From: Ignavibacteria bacterium
GTDB taxonomy: Bacteria > Bacteroidota > Ignavibacteria > Tepidaquicellales > OLB5
Assembly (NCBI GenBank): GCA_030835025.1
Contig: JAUQWS010000101.1
Span: forward strand, 14,097 to 78,096
Length of the DNA stretch: 64,000 nucleotides
Direction: 5' to 3'
In this document: piece after piece, positions 62,361 through 64,000 of the stretch
Layout: the number at the start of each line of letters is the position of its first letter
Numbering within the stretch: the first letter of the stretch is position 1
Notes under the pieces: model-generated
Told to the model about the DNA's origin: nothing
The model's input: only the letters and a program-made list of their open reading frames with translations
Databases searched by the model: none
Made by a program: the position numbers and the translations under genes

Positions 62361-62885
62361 TTAGGCAGAGATCTTTCTGAAGAGCACCTTTCCGTTTTTT
62401 TGATTGGCGGGAAGATTGGGTTTCATTTTTTCCCAGTTCGTCAGGATCTCGTTTTTGTCATTCAACTCAAGTGAAAGCAGCTTCTCTCCCTTTTTATATA
62501 ACTCAAATACATTGTCTTTCCCGTATTTCATAAAATATAGTTCTGCAAAATTACCTGTTGCTTTAACTTCAGCCTCAAGCCTTGTCATTGTCTGGTAACC
62601 ATCTACCTGAATTTCTGCAAGCAATAGCGTATCGTTCTGCTGTGATATATTGATCACGTATCCCCAGGACTGGGAGCTTTTCCCCGTCACTCCCGGTGCA
62701 GATTCATCAAATGCGTATTGGCCTATCCAATTCTTATTAACTTCTTTTTGCTCTTTTACCTTCTGTTCATTAACTACGCTTTGTGTTGAGCTCTGGTTTT
62801 CGGTTTTGATATCGCTTTGTTCTTTCTTCCCGCAGCCGGCTAAGAGTAATGCTGATAAAAAAACTGTAATTAACGTACTTTTCAT
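62361..62885 (-). CDS. Hypothetical lipoprotein
   Basis: The lipobox is LLAGC. It starts 25 nt downstream of gltX on the same strand. Confidence 0.5.
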   Translation of the reverse strand: MKSTLITVFLSALLLAGCGKKEQSDIKTENQSSTQSVVNEQKVKEQKEVNKNWIGQYAFDESAPGVTGKSSQSWGYVINISQQNDTLLLAEIQVDGYQTMTRLEAEVKATGNFAELYFMKYGKDNVFELYKKGEKLLSLELNDKNEILTNWEKMKPNLPANQKNGKVLFRKISA

Positions 62886-62910
62886 TATTGTATTTTTTAA
62901 TTTCCTGAAT

Positions 62911-64000
62911 CTATTTTGTGGATATTGCCGTTTCCAGCCGGCTTATTACTTCTTCTTTTCCCAATACATATGCTATCAATCCAAGTTCCGGGCCGTGTTC
63001 TTCGCCCGTTAAAGCCAGTCTAATAGGCATGAACAGGCCTTTTCCTTTTATTCCTGTTTCTTTCTGGATCTCGCTTATCAATGGCTTGAAATTGTCCGTT
63101 GTGATCTCAAGCAGAGATACAATTTTGGATTTCAGTATGCTCAGTATTTTTTGCGCGTCACTGTTTTCCAATATCTCTTTCTTAACAGCGCTAAGTGATA
63201 CATCCTGATAGTAGACTTTTGCATGTTCAGGAGCTTCATCCAACCTGTTTATATATCCCTTAACAGCCATTACAACACGTGTTGTCTTTTCCCTGTCGCT
63301 TGTGTCAATTCCGCCATTATTAAGGTAGGGAATTATCAGCTCTTCCAGCATTTCGGGATCATAGCTCTTTATGTACTCACCGTTCATCCAATTCAGTTTA
63401 TCAATATTAAACACTGCACCGGAAGCATTAACCCTTTCAATTGTGAACAGCTTTATCAGGTCTTCCTTGGAAAAAATTTCACGGTCTTCGCCTTCTCCAG
63501 GATTCCACCCCAAAAGCGCCATAAAATTCACTAAAGCTTCTTTCAAATATCCTTTATTAAGAAAATCTTCGGTTGAAACGTCTCCCTGGCGTTTGCTGAG
63601 CTTGGTCTTATCCGGATTAAGTATCAAAGGTACATGTGCCATTTGCGGCACATCCCATCCGAATGCGCGGTACAATATTATATGCTTGGGAACAGATGTC
63701 AGCCACTCTTCACCCCTGATAATGTGGGTAATATCCATCAAATGATCATCTATCACGTTAGCAAGATGATAAGTCGGGTAGCCGTCGCTTTTTAAAAGAA
63801 CCTGGTCATCTATTTGATTTGTTTCTATCTTTACGTTTCCCCTTATAAGATCTGAAAAACGAATCTCTTCATCCAAGGGAACTTTCAGTCTTACAACATA
63901 AGGGATACCTGAATCAAGCTTTTCTTTTACTTCATTTCCGGTAAGGTGCCTTCCCCGCCTGTCATACATAGTTTGCTTACCCTGAATTTGCTGAACGCGG
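62911..64000 (-). CDS. gltX: Glutamate--tRNA ligase, N-terminus beyond window edge
   Basis: DGYPTYHLANVIDDH, IRGEEWL and KLSKRQG (the KMSKS-type motif) are present. The frame stays open upstream of the ORF-track Met to base 64000. Confidence 0.9.
   Translation of the reverse strand, partial: RVQQIQGKQTMYDRRGRHLTGNEVKEKLDSGIPYVVRLKVPLDEEIRFSDLIRGNVKIETNQIDDQVLLKSDGYPTYHLANVIDDHLMDITHIIRGEEWLTSVPKHIILYRAFGWDVPQMAHVPLILNPDKTKLSKRQGDVSTEDFLNKGYLKEALVNFMALLGWNPGEGEDREIFSKEDLIKLFTIERVNASGAVFNIDKLNWMNGEYIKSYDPEMLEELIIPYLNNGGIDTSDREKTTRVVMAVKGYINRLDEAPEHAKVYYQDVSLSAVKKEILENSDAQKILSILKSKIVSLLEITTDNFKPLISEIQKETGIKGKGLFMPIRLALTGEEHGPELGLIAYVLGKEEVISRLETAISTK

Overview
The window is a visibly AT-rich chromosomal segment. 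It most likely comes from an anaerobic FCB-group bacterium (Ignavibacteriota/Bacteroidota-like). Three things support this: four proteins end in T9SS C-terminal sorting domains (NYPNPFNP...YFYR...K), the Bacteroidetes-type -7 promoter box TAnnTTTG recurs, and ferredoxin-linked 2-oxoacid metabolism is heavily represented. All calls rest on motifs read from the supplied translations and DNA, because no searches could be run.

Housekeeping content:
- Amino-acid and repair genes: asnA, uvrA, gcvP, Sua5/TsaC and a partial gltX.
- A ribosomal operon rpsF-ssb-rplI that lacks rpsR.
- The acpP-fabF-rnc cluster.
- Three separate 2-oxoacid:ferredoxin oxidoreductase systems (korAB-type, single-chain nifJ/PFOR, four-subunit D-A-B-C type) plus an ADP-forming acyl-CoA synthetase.
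- tRNA-Gln(CTG) and tRNA-Glu(CTC).

I saw no transposase, integrase, phage gene, reverse transcriptase or CRISPR array.

Most interesting non-housekeeping loci:
1. A tightly coupled minus-strand operon of a crotonase-fold enzyme, a NudB-like Nudix and a membrane-anchored STAND-like P-loop NTPase with a TPR array (3037-6585).
2. A DsrE-like protein and a dihydroorotate-dehydrogenase-like protein coupled to nifJ (35212-36592).
3. An accessory islet upstream of tRNA-Gln (42.0-45.1 kb). It holds a promoter-plus-terminator-bounded candidate sRNA with an 11-codon mini-ORF, a secreted protein made of (G-Y-D/N-x-x) pentads encoded by 15-nt tandem repeats, an orphan secreted protein, and a GC-rich chimeric T9SS-tailed gene.
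4. A structured non-coding segment flanked by 19/20-nt direct repeats in front of the four-subunit oxidoreductase operon.
5. A putative envelope metal-handling trio: a YtkA/FixH-like lipoprotein, a CxxC-headed outer-membrane barrel and an exported HMA protein.
6. An orphan radical SAM enzyme.
7. GC-rich REP-like hairpin units located 3' of two T9SS cargo genes.
8. A signal-peptide-bearing protein with 16 Cys in DnaJ-type zinc-finger pairs.

None of these can be proven novel from sequence alone. Each finding lists the decisive check.
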